Shown here in pieces: positions 10,625-19,662 of a DNA stretch of 64,000 bases. The translations under genes were made by a program, and so were the position numbers. The stretch lies in assembly GCA_963705165.1 (NCBI GenBank), contig CAVPJD010000033.1, positions 1 to 64,000 of the forward strand, in the 5' to 3' direction. Position 1 is the first letter of the stretch. Each line of letters opens with the position of its first letter. This DNA comes from an uncultured delta proteobacterium. GTDB lineage: Bacteria > Desulfobacterota > Syntrophia > Syntrophales > UBA2192. The notes beneath the pieces are model-generated. The model worked only from the letters and a program-made list of their open reading frames with translations, did not search any database and was not told the origin of the DNA.

Positions 10625-11361
10625 GCCTTCTTCTGCACCTGATCGCTCGTCAACCCGAAACGCCTCTCCCGCTTTTGATACCCGGAGATGGCCTCGATGA
10701 GATGCTCTTCCCTGAAATCGGGCCACAAAATGTCCGTGAAGTAAAACTCCGTGTAGGCCATCTGCCACAGGAGGAAATTGCTCAGGCGATACTCCCCGCT
10801 GGTCCGGATGAGCATATCCGGGTCCGGGATGCCTCCCGTGGAGAGATAGCCCGCGAAGCGCTCCAGCGTAACGTCCGATGCACGGATCTTTCCCTGGCAG
10901 GCCTCGTCAATCAGCTTTCTGACCGCCCCCAGGATCTCGTCATGGCTTCCGTAGTTCAGGGCCAGGATCAGCGTCATGGCCGTGTTGCCCGCCGTCTTTT
11001 CGATCGTGTCCCGGAGGATTGCGCGCACCTTCTCCGGAAGCGCCCCCGTGTCACCGATCGCCTGCAGACGGATATTGTTCTTCAACATGACTTTGACTTC
11101 TGACTTGAGGTAGCGCTCCAGGAGTGTCATGAGGGCCCGGACTTCTCTCTCCGGCCGGCTCCAGTTTTCCGAGGAGAACGCGTAAAGGGTAAGATAGGAA
11201 ATCCCGATTTTTCGGCATGCCTCGACGATGTTCCGGACCGATTCGGCCCCTTTCCGGTGACCGGCAATCCGCCCCAGTGAGTGATTCTGCGCCCACCGGC
11301 CGTTGCCGTCCATGATGATGGCGATGTGCCGGGGCAGATTGGTTTTGTCGAGACGATCCAT
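10621..11361 (-). CDS. uppS: Undecaprenyl diphosphate synthase
   Basis: HIAIIMDGNGRWA, FSSENW, RTSGEYRLSNFLLWQ. Confidence 0.97.
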   Translation of the reverse strand: MDRLDKTNLPRHIAIIMDGNGRWAQNHSLGRIAGHRKGAESVRNIVEACRKIGISYLTLYAFSSENWSRPEREVRALMTLLERYLKSEVKVMLKNNIRLQAIGDTGALPEKVRAILRDTIEKTAGNTAMTLILALNYGSHDEILGAVRKLIDEACQGKIRASDVTLERFAGYLSTGGIPDPDMLIRTSGEYRLSNFLLWQMAYTEFYFTDILWPDFREEHLIEAISGYQKRERRFGLTSDQVQKKA

Positions 11362-11458
11362 TCCGGGTCTACTTATCGATTTTCAATGATGAATTTTCGT
11401 TTGACTATCACAGCCAGCCGACATTTTCAAGGGATGTTTCTCCTGCCGCCGATGGACC

Positions 11459-11487
11459 AAAAAATAAGGAGCCTCAGGGGCTCCTTT
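11459..11487 (-). terminator. Intrinsic terminator after frr
   Basis: Minus strand AAGGAGCC-cctga-GGCTCCTT followed by ATTTTTT. Confidence 0.8.
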
Positions 11488-11517
11488 GTGTCTCGTGCAC
11501 GTTGTTTAAAAGGAGCA

Positions 11518-12085
11518 TCAGATCTCCATGATTTCCTTTTCTTTGGCCTGGAGAACCTTGTCGGTCTTCTCGATGTAATCGTCCGTCACCTTCTGGACGT
11601 CGGCCTGGTACTTGAACATGTCATCCTCGTTGATGTCGCTGTCCTTTTTCAGTTTCTTCAGCTCCTCATTGGCATCGCGCCGGATGATTTCTGAGCTTGA
11701 CCTTCCCTTCCTCGGCCATTTTCTTGACGACCTTGACCAGCTCCTTGCGTCGCTCCTCGGTGAGCTGCGGGATATTGATCCTGACAATCTTGCCGTCGTT
11801 GACCGGGTTAAGCCCCAACTCGGACTTCTGGATGGCCTTCTCGATATTGGGGATGACGCTGGTGTCCCAGGGAGAGATCTGGATCAGGCGGGACTCCGGA
11901 ACGGAAAGGGATGCCACCTGGTTCAGCGGCGTGGGCACCCCGTAGTACTCCACCTTGATGCCGTCGAGCAGGGCCAGCGAGGCCCGGCCTGTCCGGATCT
12001 TGCTGAAGGACTTCTCGAGGGACTTGATATTCTTCTCCATGTTGTCCTTCAACTCGGAAAAGACCAGATCCGTCATTTCGCTCAT
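11518..12085 (-). CDS. frr: Ribosome recycling factor, frameshift near 11688
   Basis: [18 protein letters not shown], then IRRDAN...KEKEIMEI in shifted frame. Confidence 0.94.
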
Positions 12086-12086
12086 G

Positions 12087-12812
12087 TCAGCCTCCCACGA
12101 TCGTCCCAACGGTTTTCCCGCATATCACGGACTTGATATTGCCCTTTTTCCCGATGTTGAACACCCGGATGGGAATATTATTTTCTCGACAAAGGGAAAC
12201 GGCGGTTGCATCCATTACTTTAAGGTTTTTTGCCAAGGTCTCGGTGTAGCTTATCTTTTTGTACATCTTCGCGTCCGCATGCTTCATGGGGTCCTTGTCA
12301 TAGATCCCGTCGACCTTGGTGGCCTTGAGGATAACATCGGCCTGGATTTCCGCCGCGCGCAGTGCCGCCGCCGTGTCCGTCGTGAAGTACGGGTTCCCGG
12401 TTCCCGCCGCGAAGATGACCACCCTTCCCTTTTCCAGGTGGCGGGTGGCCCTTCTGCGGATGAAGGGCTCGGCCACTTCCCGCATCTCGATGGCTGTCTG
12501 GACCCTGCATCGCACCCCGAGACTCTCGAGGACGCTCTGGATGGCCAGAGAGTTGATGACCGTTGCAAGCATGCCCATGTTGTCGGCCTGGGTGCGCTCC
12601 ATACCCCGGGCGCTGCCCTCGACACCGCGAAAGATATTCCCCCCGCCGACGACGACTCCGATCTGAACGCCTAGCTTGACCACGTCACGGATTTCCGCGG
12701 CAATGGCCTGGACGATATCGGGGTCTATGCCGAAGGAGCGGCCTCCCATCAGGGCCTCACCGCTCAGCTTGAGGAGGACCCGCCTGTAGGCGGGTTTTTT
12801 TGCGCCTGTCAT
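12087..12812 (-). CDS. pyrH: UMP kinase
   Basis: [28 protein letters not shown]. Confidence 0.98.
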   Translation of the reverse strand: MTGAKKPAYRRVLLKLSGEALMGGRSFGIDPDIVQAIAAEIRDVVKLGVQIGVVVGGGNIFRGVEGSARGMERTQADNMGMLATVINSLAIQSVLESLGVRCRVQTAIEMREVAEPFIRRRATRHLEKGRVVIFAAGTGNPYFTTDTAAALRAAEIQADVILKATKVDGIYDKDPMKHADAKMYKKISYTETLAKNLKVMDATAVSLCRENNIPIRVFNIGKKGNIKSVICGKTVGTIVGG

Positions 12813-12863
12813 CTCACCTGCAGCTTTCCGGGAAATCCCGGCGGTTTCTTACAGTGCGTTTTT

Positions 12864-13466
12864 CTAGGCTTCGTCCCCGCCGAGCTGATAGCGCACAAAG
12901 CGCCTCACGAGGATGTTCTCGCCCGTCTTGGCGATGGACGCCTTGATGAGGTCCTCCACCGTCACGGCCGTGTCCCTGATGAACTTCTGCTTCACGAGGC
13001 AGACTTCCTCGTAATACTTTTTGAGTTTCCCCTCGACGATCTTGTCGGCGATCTTCTCGGGCTTTCCTTCGGCGATGACCTGCTTGTGGTAGATATCCTT
13101 TTCCCTCTGCACGGCCGCCTCGGGAACATCTTCGGGCTTCACATAGAGGGGGTTCATGGCGGCGACATGCATGGCAAGGTCCCGGGTGAGGGTCTTGAAT
13201 TCTTCCGTCTTGGCCACGAAATCGGTCTCGCAGTTCACTTCAATCATGACGCCGACCTTGCCGCCCATGTGAATGTAAGAGGTCACCAGGCCGTCCTTCG
13301 TGGCGCGGGATGACTTTTTCGTTGCCGCAGAAAGTCCCTTTTCCCTCAGGAAGTCGAGTGCTTTTTCAAAATTGCCGCTCGATACTTTCAGGGCTTCCTT
13401 GCAATCCATGATGCCGGCGCCCGTTTTGACTCTTAATTCCTTTACGCTATCTGCCGAGATTTCCAA
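12864..13466 (-). CDS. tsf: Elongation factor Ts (short 200-aa form)
   Basis: VKELR..TGAG.MDCK, EVNCETDFVA. Confidence 0.97.
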   Translation of the reverse strand: MEISADSVKELRVKTGAGIMDCKEALKVSSGNFEKALDFLREKGLSAATKKSSRATKDGLVTSYIHMGGKVGVMIEVNCETDFVAKTEEFKTLTRDLAMHVAAMNPLYVKPEDVPEAAVQREKDIYHKQVIAEGKPEKIADKIVEGKLKKYYEEVCLVKQKFIRDTAVTVEDLIKASIAKTGENILVRRFVRYQLGGDEA

Positions 13467-13510
13467 TGGTTTTGTACCTCCTCGTCATCAGGGATGTGTC
13501 TTGTTCCAAT

Positions 13511-14329
13511 TTAGTTCGCGGTTTTCTCCGCTTCGGCCTCGGTCCCCTTCGTCTCGATGCTGTCGGGCACATCGGCCTCGCCGGCCTCGGCCTCCTTCAT
13601 TTCGGGGGCCTGCATTTTGTCGCTTTCCGCCTGAATCTTTTCCTCGAACTTGCGCTTGCCATCGAGTACCGCGTCGGCGATCCTGGCCGCAAACAGCTTG
13701 ATCGCCCGGATGGCGTCGTCGTTGCCGGGGATGATGTAGTCCACCACGTCGGGATCGCAGTTCGTGTCCACAATGGCCACCACCGGAACGCTCAGCTTCC
13801 GTGCCTCGTGAACGGCGATATCCTCCTTCTTGGGGTCGACCACAAAAATCGCGGCCGGGTGGCCCTTCATTCGGCGAATCCCGCCCAGGACCTTGTCGAG
13901 CTTCTCTCTCTCCTTCTGGTAAAGGAGGATCTCTTTTTTCGGGAAGACGTTAATGGACTCGCTGCCAAACAGCGTGTCGAGCTCGTTCAAGCGGTCGATG
14001 CGCTTCTTGATCGTCGAAAAGTTGGTGAGCATACCGCCCAGCCAGCGGTAGTTGACGTAGGGCATTCCGCAGCGCTCGGCTTCCTCCCGGATGGATTCCT
14101 GGGCCTGCTTCTTGGTGCCCACGAAAAGGATCTCGCCGCCGTTGGCTACGGTGTTGACGACAAAGCTGTATGAACCCTTGAACATCTCAACCGTCTGTTG
14201 AAGGTCGATAATGTAAATGCCGTTGCGGGCGCCGAAAATATAGGGTTTCATCTTGGGGTTCCACTTGTTGGTCTGATGACCGAAGTGGACACCCGACTCG
14301 AGCAACAATTTCATCGATACGGTAGACAT
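13511..14329 (-). CDS. rpsB: 30S ribosomal protein uS2
   Basis: [25 protein letters not shown]. Confidence 0.98.
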   Translation of the reverse strand: MSTVSMKLLLESGVHFGHQTNKWNPKMKPYIFGARNGIYIIDLQQTVEMFKGSYSFVVNTVANGGEILFVGTKKQAQESIREEAERCGMPYVNYRWLGGMLTNFSTIKKRIDRLNELDTLFGSESINVFPKKEILLYQKEREKLDKVLGGIRRMKGHPAAIFVVDPKKEDIAVHEARKLSVPVVAIVDTNCDPDVVDYIIPGNDDAIRAIKLFAARIADAVLDGKRKFEEKIQAESDKMQAPEMKEAEAGEADVPDSIETKGTEAEAEKTAN

Positions 14330-14347
14330 AGGATTCTCCTTTTCCTG

Positions 14348-14426
14348 TTTGTTTCCTCCACCCCTTCACCTTGCCGGGGAACTTTTCTTGCGAAAAGCAA
14401 CAGGCCCGGCAATCCGAGGGTGTGAG
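14348..14426 (-). ncRNA. rpsB 5' leader, probable t44/S2 autoregulatory RNA
   Basis: Minus strand CACACCCTC...TTGCCGGG...CCCGGCAA...GGGGTGGAGG long hairpin directly before the rpsB RBS, resembling t44 leaders. Confidence 0.65.
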
Positions 14427-14440
14427 AGATAGAACGGGTT

Positions 14441-14469
14441 TAGTTAGCACAAAGCCGTAGTTTTGGCAA
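14441..14469 (-). promoter_or_regulatory. Putative sigma70 promoter of rpsB operon
   Basis: TTGCCA-17bp-TAACTA with TG extended -10. Confidence 0.55.
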
Positions 14470-14480
14470 ATAAATATTTA

Positions 14481-14522
14481 ATCCCCCTGCCCCTCTGTTT
14501 TGAAAGAGGGGGCAAGGGGATT
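14481..14522. repeat. GC-rich palindrome after argJ (terminator or REP-like)
   Basis: ATCCCCCTGCCCCTCT...AGAGGGGGCAAGGGGAT. Confidence 0.65.
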
Positions 14523-14531
14523 CTTTTCTTT

Positions 14532-14564
14532 CCCTGACCCCTGTACCCTGAACCCTGGACCCTG
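14532..14564 (-). repeat. 7-bp tandem array directly after argJ stop
   Basis: CCCTGAC CCCTGTA CCCTGAA CCCTGGA CCCTG on plus strand. Confidence 0.85.
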
Positions 14565-14565
14565 T

Positions 14566-15765
14566 TCACGTCGTATAATGCGCGTTGATTTTCACGTAAT
14601 CGAGAGTCAAATCCGAGCTGTAGATCCGAAAATCCTTCGAACCCTGCCCGAGCTTCACCAGGACCTTGACCTCAGCCTTCTTCATCACCTCGGCCAGTTC
14701 CTTCAGGTGGCTCGCCACCCCCTGACCCTGCTGGAACAGCGGAAGCCCGTCGAAGTAAAGCTCCACGGTATCGCCGTTGACCGGCACACCGGCCGCCCCG
14801 ACGGCCGAGATGATCCGCCCCCAGTTCGGGTCGGCGCCGTAGAAGGCCGTCTTGACGAGGTTCGACCGGGCGATCTGGTAGGCAATGGCTTTTGCTTCCC
14901 CCGTCGTCTTCGCCCCCTCGACGACGATCTCGATGAGCTTTGTCGCCCCCTCGCCGTCGCGCACGATCGATTTGGCGAGCTCCGTCATCACGTCTGTCAG
15001 CATCCCCGTGAAAACGGAATAATCCCGGGTCGACGTCCGGATTTTACGATTTCCGGCCAGGCCGTTTGCCAGGATGAGCACCGTGTCGTTCGTACTCATG
15101 CAGCCGTCGACGCTGATGGCATTGAAGCTTCGGTCAGCCGCCTCCCGCAAGGCCCTCTTCATGGCCTGGGCGTCGATGTCGGCATCGGTCAGGATAAACG
15201 CCAGCAACGTCGCCATGTTGGGCTCGATCATGCCCGCACCCTTCGCAATTCCGCAGATGCAGCACTCGCTGCCGCCGACGGGCCCTTCGCGGAACTGCAT
15301 TTTGGGATACCGGTCCGTCGTCATGATGGCCTGGGCGGCTTCGGGAATCCCGCCAGGGGAGAGCCCCTTGACGAGACGGCTCACGCTGCCGGCCACCTTG
15401 TCGATGGGCAGCTTCCGGCCGATGACGCCTGTCGAGGCCACGAGGACCTGGGATTCGTCGACCTGAAGGGCCCCCGCGCAGAACCGGGCCGTCTTCACGG
15501 CGTCCTGGTAGCCCTCGTCGCCGGTAGCGGCATTGGCATTTCCGCTGTTGATGATGACGGCCCGCGAGGCTCCACCCTTGATGCGCTCCATGTCGAGAAG
15601 AACAGGCGCTGCCTTGAAGACGTTCGTCGTGAAGACTCCCGCCACCTTCGCCGGCACTTCGGAGTACAGAAGCGCCAGGTCTTTTTTGCCGTCCTCCTTG
15701 ATCCCCGCCGCAATCCCCGCGGCCTGAAACCCGGGAACCTCGAATTTCTGCTCACTCTCGGCCAT
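14566..15765 (-). CDS. argJ: Bifunctional ornithine acetyltransferase/N-acetylglutamate synthase
   Basis: NSGNANA, KGAGMIEPNMAT autocleavage, STND, DGEGATK. Confidence 0.96.
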   Translation of the reverse strand: MAESEQKFEVPGFQAAGIAAGIKEDGKKDLALLYSEVPAKVAGVFTTNVFKAAPVLLDMERIKGGASRAVIINSGNANAATGDEGYQDAVKTARFCAGALQVDESQVLVASTGVIGRKLPIDKVAGSVSRLVKGLSPGGIPEAAQAIMTTDRYPKMQFREGPVGGSECCICGIAKGAGMIEPNMATLLAFILTDADIDAQAMKRALREAADRSFNAISVDGCMSTNDTVLILANGLAGNRKIRTSTRDYSVFTGMLTDVMTELAKSIVRDGEGATKLIEIVVEGAKTTGEAKAIAYQIARSNLVKTAFYGADPNWGRIISAVGAAGVPVNGDTVELYFDGLPLFQQGQGVASHLKELAEVMKKAEVKVLVKLGQGSKDFRIYSSDLTLDYVKINAHYTT

Positions 15766-15830
15766 TCTCTTATCCTTCTTGCATTCGCTTTGATCCGTTC
15801 CAAGTGAATCAGGCGGAACGCCTGCACCAC

Positions 15831-15867
15831 CCCTGGACCCTATACCCTATACCCGATACCCTGGTCC
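15831..15867 (-). repeat. 7-bp tandem array directly after secA stop
   Basis: CCCTGGA CCCTATA CCCTATA CCCGATA CCCTGGT on plus strand. Confidence 0.85.
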
Positions 15868-15869
15868 TT

Positions 15870-18389
15870 TTATTTCCCGCAGCACTTCTTGTACTTCTTC
15901 CCGCTCCCGCAGGGGCAGGGATCGTTGCGCCCGACCCTTCCGGCCTCCTTCTTTGCCTGCTTCACCGGGGCTCCGGCCGTGCCGTGGGTCAGGACCACAT
16001 CGCGCTGCGTCCGGTCCCGCAGGGCTTCCACCTCCTCCTCGCGCTGAACCTGCACGAGAGAGAGTTTTTGCAGGGTGTCCTGCCTCACATGCTGCATCAT
16101 GTCCATGTACATCTCGTAGCCTTCCTTCTGGTACTCCCGGATAGGATCCTTCTGGGCATAGCCCCGAAGGCCGATCCCTTCCCGGAGGTGATCCATCCCC
16201 AGCAGATGGTCTTTCCAGAAGGTATCGATGGACTGGAGCATGATGACCTTCATCAGGTAGTCCCACAGCGGCTTGCCGAAATTTTCTTCCTTCCGGCGCA
16301 GATGCGCCAGGACGGCGGAGCGGATCTCCTCGACCATCTGCTCCCGGCTGGCTCGTTCCCGGCCCGCATCACTGTAACGAAGCTTGAGGGAGAAGAGCTG
16401 ATAGAGGATGTCATCGAGGCCTTTGAGGTTCCACTCCTCGGGGTTCTGCTTCTCGTCTACGTATTCCCCGACCTTGGTTTCGACAACCTCGTCGAGCATC
16501 TCCTCGAGCATCTCCCAGGGTTCCTCGCCCTTGAGAACGTCCTTGCGCTGCTCGTAGATCGCCTCGCGCTGGACGTTCATCACGTTGTCGAATTCCAGGA
16601 GGTGTTTGCGGATGTCGAAGTTGTGCGCCTCGACCCGCCTCTGCGCGTTCTCGATCGCCTTGCTCAGCAGGTTGGCCTCGATCGGCTGGCCTTCCTCGAT
16701 CCCGATGCGCTCCATGATGGACTGGATGCGCTCGCCGCCGAAGATCCGCAGCAGATCGTCGTCCAGGGAAAGGTAGAACCGCGAAGAGCCCGCATCGCCC
16801 TGGCGCCCCGATCGCCCCCTGAGCTGGTTGTCGATCCGGCGGCTCTCGTGCCGTTCCGTGCCGAGGATGTGCAGGCCGCCCAACTGCGCGACCCCTTCCC
16901 CCAGCTTGATGTCGGTGCCGCGGCCGGCCATGTTCGTCGAGATGGTGACGGCTGCACGCTGCCCTGCCTGGCTGATGATCTCCGCCTCGCGCTCGTGGTG
17001 CTTTGCATTGAGAACGTGATGCTTGACCCCCGTCCGGGAGAGCATGGTGCTCAGTTTCTCCGAATGCTCGATGGAGATGGTGCCGACCAGGACGGGCCGC
17101 CCCTGCTTGTGCAGCTCCTGGATTTCCTCGATGGCGGCATCGTACTTCTCCTTCTCCGTCCGGTAGATCACGTCGGAGTGATCCGTCCGGACCATGGGCA
17201 TGTTCGTGGGGATCACCATGACTTCGAGGCCGTAGATCTCCTTGAACTCGGCCGCTTCCGTGTCGGCCGTGCCGGTCATCCCGGCAAGCTTCTCGTACAT
17301 CCGGAAGTAGTTCTGGAAGGTGACGGAGGCCAGCGTCTGGTTTTCCCGCTCGATCTTGACGTTCTCCTTTGCTTCCAGGGCCTGGTGCAGCCCCTCGCTG
17401 TAACGCCGCCCGGGCATGAGACGGCCCGTGAATTCGTCGACGATGAGCACCTCGCCGTCCTTGACGACATAGTCCACGTCGCGCCTGAAGAGGGTGTGCG
17501 CCTTCAGGGCCTGATTCACGTGATGGAGCAATTCGATATTGCGCGCATCGAAGAGGTTCTCGACCTTCAGGGCCTTTTCGACCCGCGCCACCCCCTCCTC
17601 GGTGAGGACGACGGTCCGGGCCTTCTCGTCGATCGTGTAATCCGTTTCTCTCCTGAGCCCGGGGATGATCTGGTTGATCCGATAGTATTTGTCCGTCGAT
17701 TCCTCGGAAGGGCCCGAGATGATCAGCGGGGTTCTCGCCTCGTCGACGAGGATGCTGTCGACCTCGTCGACGATGGCATAGTGAAAGTCCCTCTGGACGT
17801 AATCCTCGAGGGTGAACTTCATGTTGTCCCGCAGGTAGTCAAACCCGAATTCGTTGTTCGTGCCGTAGATGATGTCGCAGTGGTAGGCTTTGCGTCTCTC
17901 CTCGTCGGTAAGGCCATGGACGATGATTCCGACGGAGAGTCCCAGAAAATTGTAGATCGGCCCCATCCAGGAGGCGTCCCGCCTGGCCAGGTAGTCGTTT
18001 ACGGTGACGAGCTGAGCCCCCTTGCCCGTAAGGGTATTCAGGTACAGGGGCATCGTCGCGGCCAGAGTTTTCCCTTCGCCCGTCTTCATCTCGGCGATTT
18101 TGCCCTCGTGGAGCACAATGCCTCCGACGAGCTGCGCGTCGAAGGGCCGCATTTCCACGGTCCGCCGTGCGGTTTCCCGGACAACGGCGAACGCCTCCGT
18201 CAGGATGTCGTCGAGGGAGGCCCCGTTTGCGAGTTTCTCCTTGAAATAAGCCGTCTTGGCCTTCAACTCTTCGTCGGAGAGCTTCTGGATGACGGGCTCG
18301 AATCGGTTGATCTCGCCAACGAGAGGGGCAATACGCTTCAGCTCCCGCTCATTTCTTGTCCCGAAAATCTTTTGGATGATATTCATCAT
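15870..18389 (-). CDS. secA: Preprotein translocase ATPase
   Basis: [26 protein letters not shown]-terminal [22 protein letters not shown]. Confidence 0.98.
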   Translation of the reverse strand: MMNIIQKIFGTRNERELKRIAPLVGEINRFEPVIQKLSDEELKAKTAYFKEKLANGASLDDILTEAFAVVRETARRTVEMRPFDAQLVGGIVLHEGKIAEMKTGEGKTLAATMPLYLNTLTGKGAQLVTVNDYLARRDASWMGPIYNFLGLSVGIIVHGLTDEERRKAYHCDIIYGTNNEFGFDYLRDNMKFTLEDYVQRDFHYAIVDEVDSILVDEARTPLIISGPSEESTDKYYRINQIIPGLRRETDYTIDEKARTVVLTEEGVARVEKALKVENLFDARNIELLHHVNQALKAHTLFRRDVDYVVKDGEVLIVDEFTGRLMPGRRYSEGLHQALEAKENVKIERENQTLASVTFQNYFRMYEKLAGMTGTADTEAAEFKEIYGLEVMVIPTNMPMVRTDHSDVIYRTEKEKYDAAIEEIQELHKQGRPVLVGTISIEHSEKLSTMLSRTGVKHHVLNAKHHEREAEIISQAGQRAAVTISTNMAGRGTDIKLGEGVAQLGGLHILGTERHESRRIDNQLRGRSGRQGDAGSSRFYLSLDDDLLRIFGGERIQSIMERIGIEEGQPIEANLLSKAIENAQRRVEAHNFDIRKHLLEFDNVMNVQREAIYEQRKDVLKGEEPWEMLEEMLDEVVETKVGEYVDEKQNPEEWNLKGLDDILYQLFSLKLRYSDAGRERASREQMVEEIRSAVLAHLRRKEENFGKPLWDYLMKVIMLQSIDTFWKDHLLGMDHLREGIGLRGYAQKDPIREYQKEGYEMYMDMMQHVRQDTLQKLSLVQVQREEEVEALRDRTQRDVVLTHGTAGAPVKQAKKEAGRVGRNDPCPCGSGKKYKKCCGK

Positions 18390-18399
18390 AGTCCAACCT

Positions 18400-18428
18400 A
18401 AAAAAAACCCGGTAAGTCCTTACCGGAT
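18400..18428 (-). terminator. Terminator-like hairpin + U8 immediately upstream of secA
   Basis: Minus strand CCGGTAAG-ga-CTTACCGG G TTTTTTTT, ending 10 nt before the secA ATG. Confidence 0.65.
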
Positions 18429-18462
18429 TTGAGAGTATACCCTATTTTTTTGAAAAAGGGAA

Positions 18463-19380
18463 TCAGCGGAGATATTTCCTGGGGTTGACGTAGACTCCGT
18501 TGAGGCTCACGGCGTAGTGGAGATGGGCGCCGGTGCTGCGGCCTGAATTCCCGACATACCCGATGACCTCGCCCCTCTTGACGACCTGGCCCTTGCTCAC
18601 CGCGCTCCGGAACAGATGGGCATAGAGGGTCGAGATGCCCCTTCCGTGTTCGATCTGGATCATGAGACCCATGTCGGGCCGTTTCTCCACGTTTGCCACG
18701 ATCCCGTCGGCCGGGGCCTGAATGGGGGCGCCCAGTTTCGTTGCGATGTCGAGTGCTGTGTGAAACTCCCCTCGCCCTCCGAAGGGGTTTGTCCTGCGCC
18801 CGAATTCGGAGGTTACCCAGCCCGCAACCGGCCAAATCGAAGGCGTCACCGCCGCGATCGATCGCTGGGCACGGAGATATTCCTGCAGTTCCGCCAGGCT
18901 TCGCTCCCGGGCCGAGGCATCCTCGAGCAGCCGATCCATCCGCCGGTTCAGGCCCGTCAGCTGGTCGCGCCCGGCCTCATCGGCCGGCATCGGCCCGCCG
19001 ATCCCCAGGGCCTGCTCCCTCGATTTCGCTTCTTCCTTCCTGGGAGGCTTTCGGGACTTCCCGGTCAGCTCACTCGCCATGTTCCGGATCTTTTCATCGA
19101 CCTGTTTCAGCTCGGCCAGTTGCCTGTCGAAGAAGGATATTTTGTCCTGGAGGGTGTCGATCTGCTCCTGCTGAGTCGATGCCAGCTGACGCAGGTTGGC
19201 CAGCTCCATCTGCTCCAGTTTGATCGTCAGATAGTCAACGGCGCAATAGCCGAAGAAAAAGAACAGTACTACGGAGACGACGGAGACGATACGGAAATGG
19301 ATCGGCGTGGCGAGAAACTTCTTGACGGAATCTTTTTTCTTATGCGGAATGATCAGGAGGGTATAAAAATGCTTCGGCAT
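18463..19380 (-). CDS. M23 family metallopeptidase with N-terminal TM and coiled coil
   Basis: HTALD (HxxxD), YAHL, STGAHLHY. Confidence 0.92.
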   Translation of the reverse strand: MPKHFYTLLIIPHKKKDSVKKFLATPIHFRIVSVVSVVLFFFFGYCAVDYLTIKLEQMELANLRQLASTQQEQIDTLQDKISFFDRQLAELKQVDEKIRNMASELTGKSRKPPRKEEAKSREQALGIGGPMPADEAGRDQLTGLNRRMDRLLEDASARERSLAELQEYLRAQRSIAAVTPSIWPVAGWVTSEFGRRTNPFGGRGEFHTALDIATKLGAPIQAPADGIVANVEKRPDMGLMIQIEHGRGISTLYAHLFRSAVSKGQVVKRGEVIGYVGNSGRSTGAHLHYAVSLNGVYVNPRKYLR

Positions 19381-19399
19381 TGCTCATCCTCATCCTATC

Positions 19400-19562
19400 T
19401 TTGTACTCGAAAACGTGAAGTGAATTTTTCAGTTTTCCCCTACAAGTACGGGAAGAAAGAAGTCGCGTGATGCCGAGGGACAATTCGTCTATCCCCCAAA
19501 TCACCGCGTCGAGAACCCGCCCCGGACCAGAACGCTGTAATGGCCTTATTCCGGAGGCAGGG
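19400..19562 (-). ncRNA. Candidate structured 5' leader (three hairpins) of M23-secA
   Basis: Three consecutive stem-loops with several G-U pairs on the sense (minus) strand. Confidence 0.4.
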
Positions 19563-19565
19563 CAC

Positions 19566-19594
19566 TACATACCCGCAAAAGAACAACCTGTCAA
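19566..19594 (-). promoter_or_regulatory. Putative sigma70 promoter
   Basis: TTGACA-17bp-TATGTA. Confidence 0.6.
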
Positions 19595-19662
19595 GCCGAA
19601 ATCGACTATTTCAGGGAAAATGCAACAAATTCAACTATTTGTTGATAACTGCAACCCTGATT

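Noticed and set aside
11670..11700. Programmed frameshifting in frr or dxr
   Set aside because: No slippery heptamer or stimulatory structure, and the window-wide indel rate explains the breaks
12864..13466. Short EF-Ts as a truncation
   Set aside because: A ~200-aa single-repeat EF-Ts is a known natural form, and the ORF is intact
15804..18401. Long antisense ORFs (865 aa opposite secA, 703 aa opposite ligA, 561 aa opposite pycB, etc.)
   Set aside because: Shadow ORFs caused by high-GC codon bias; no recognisable motifs
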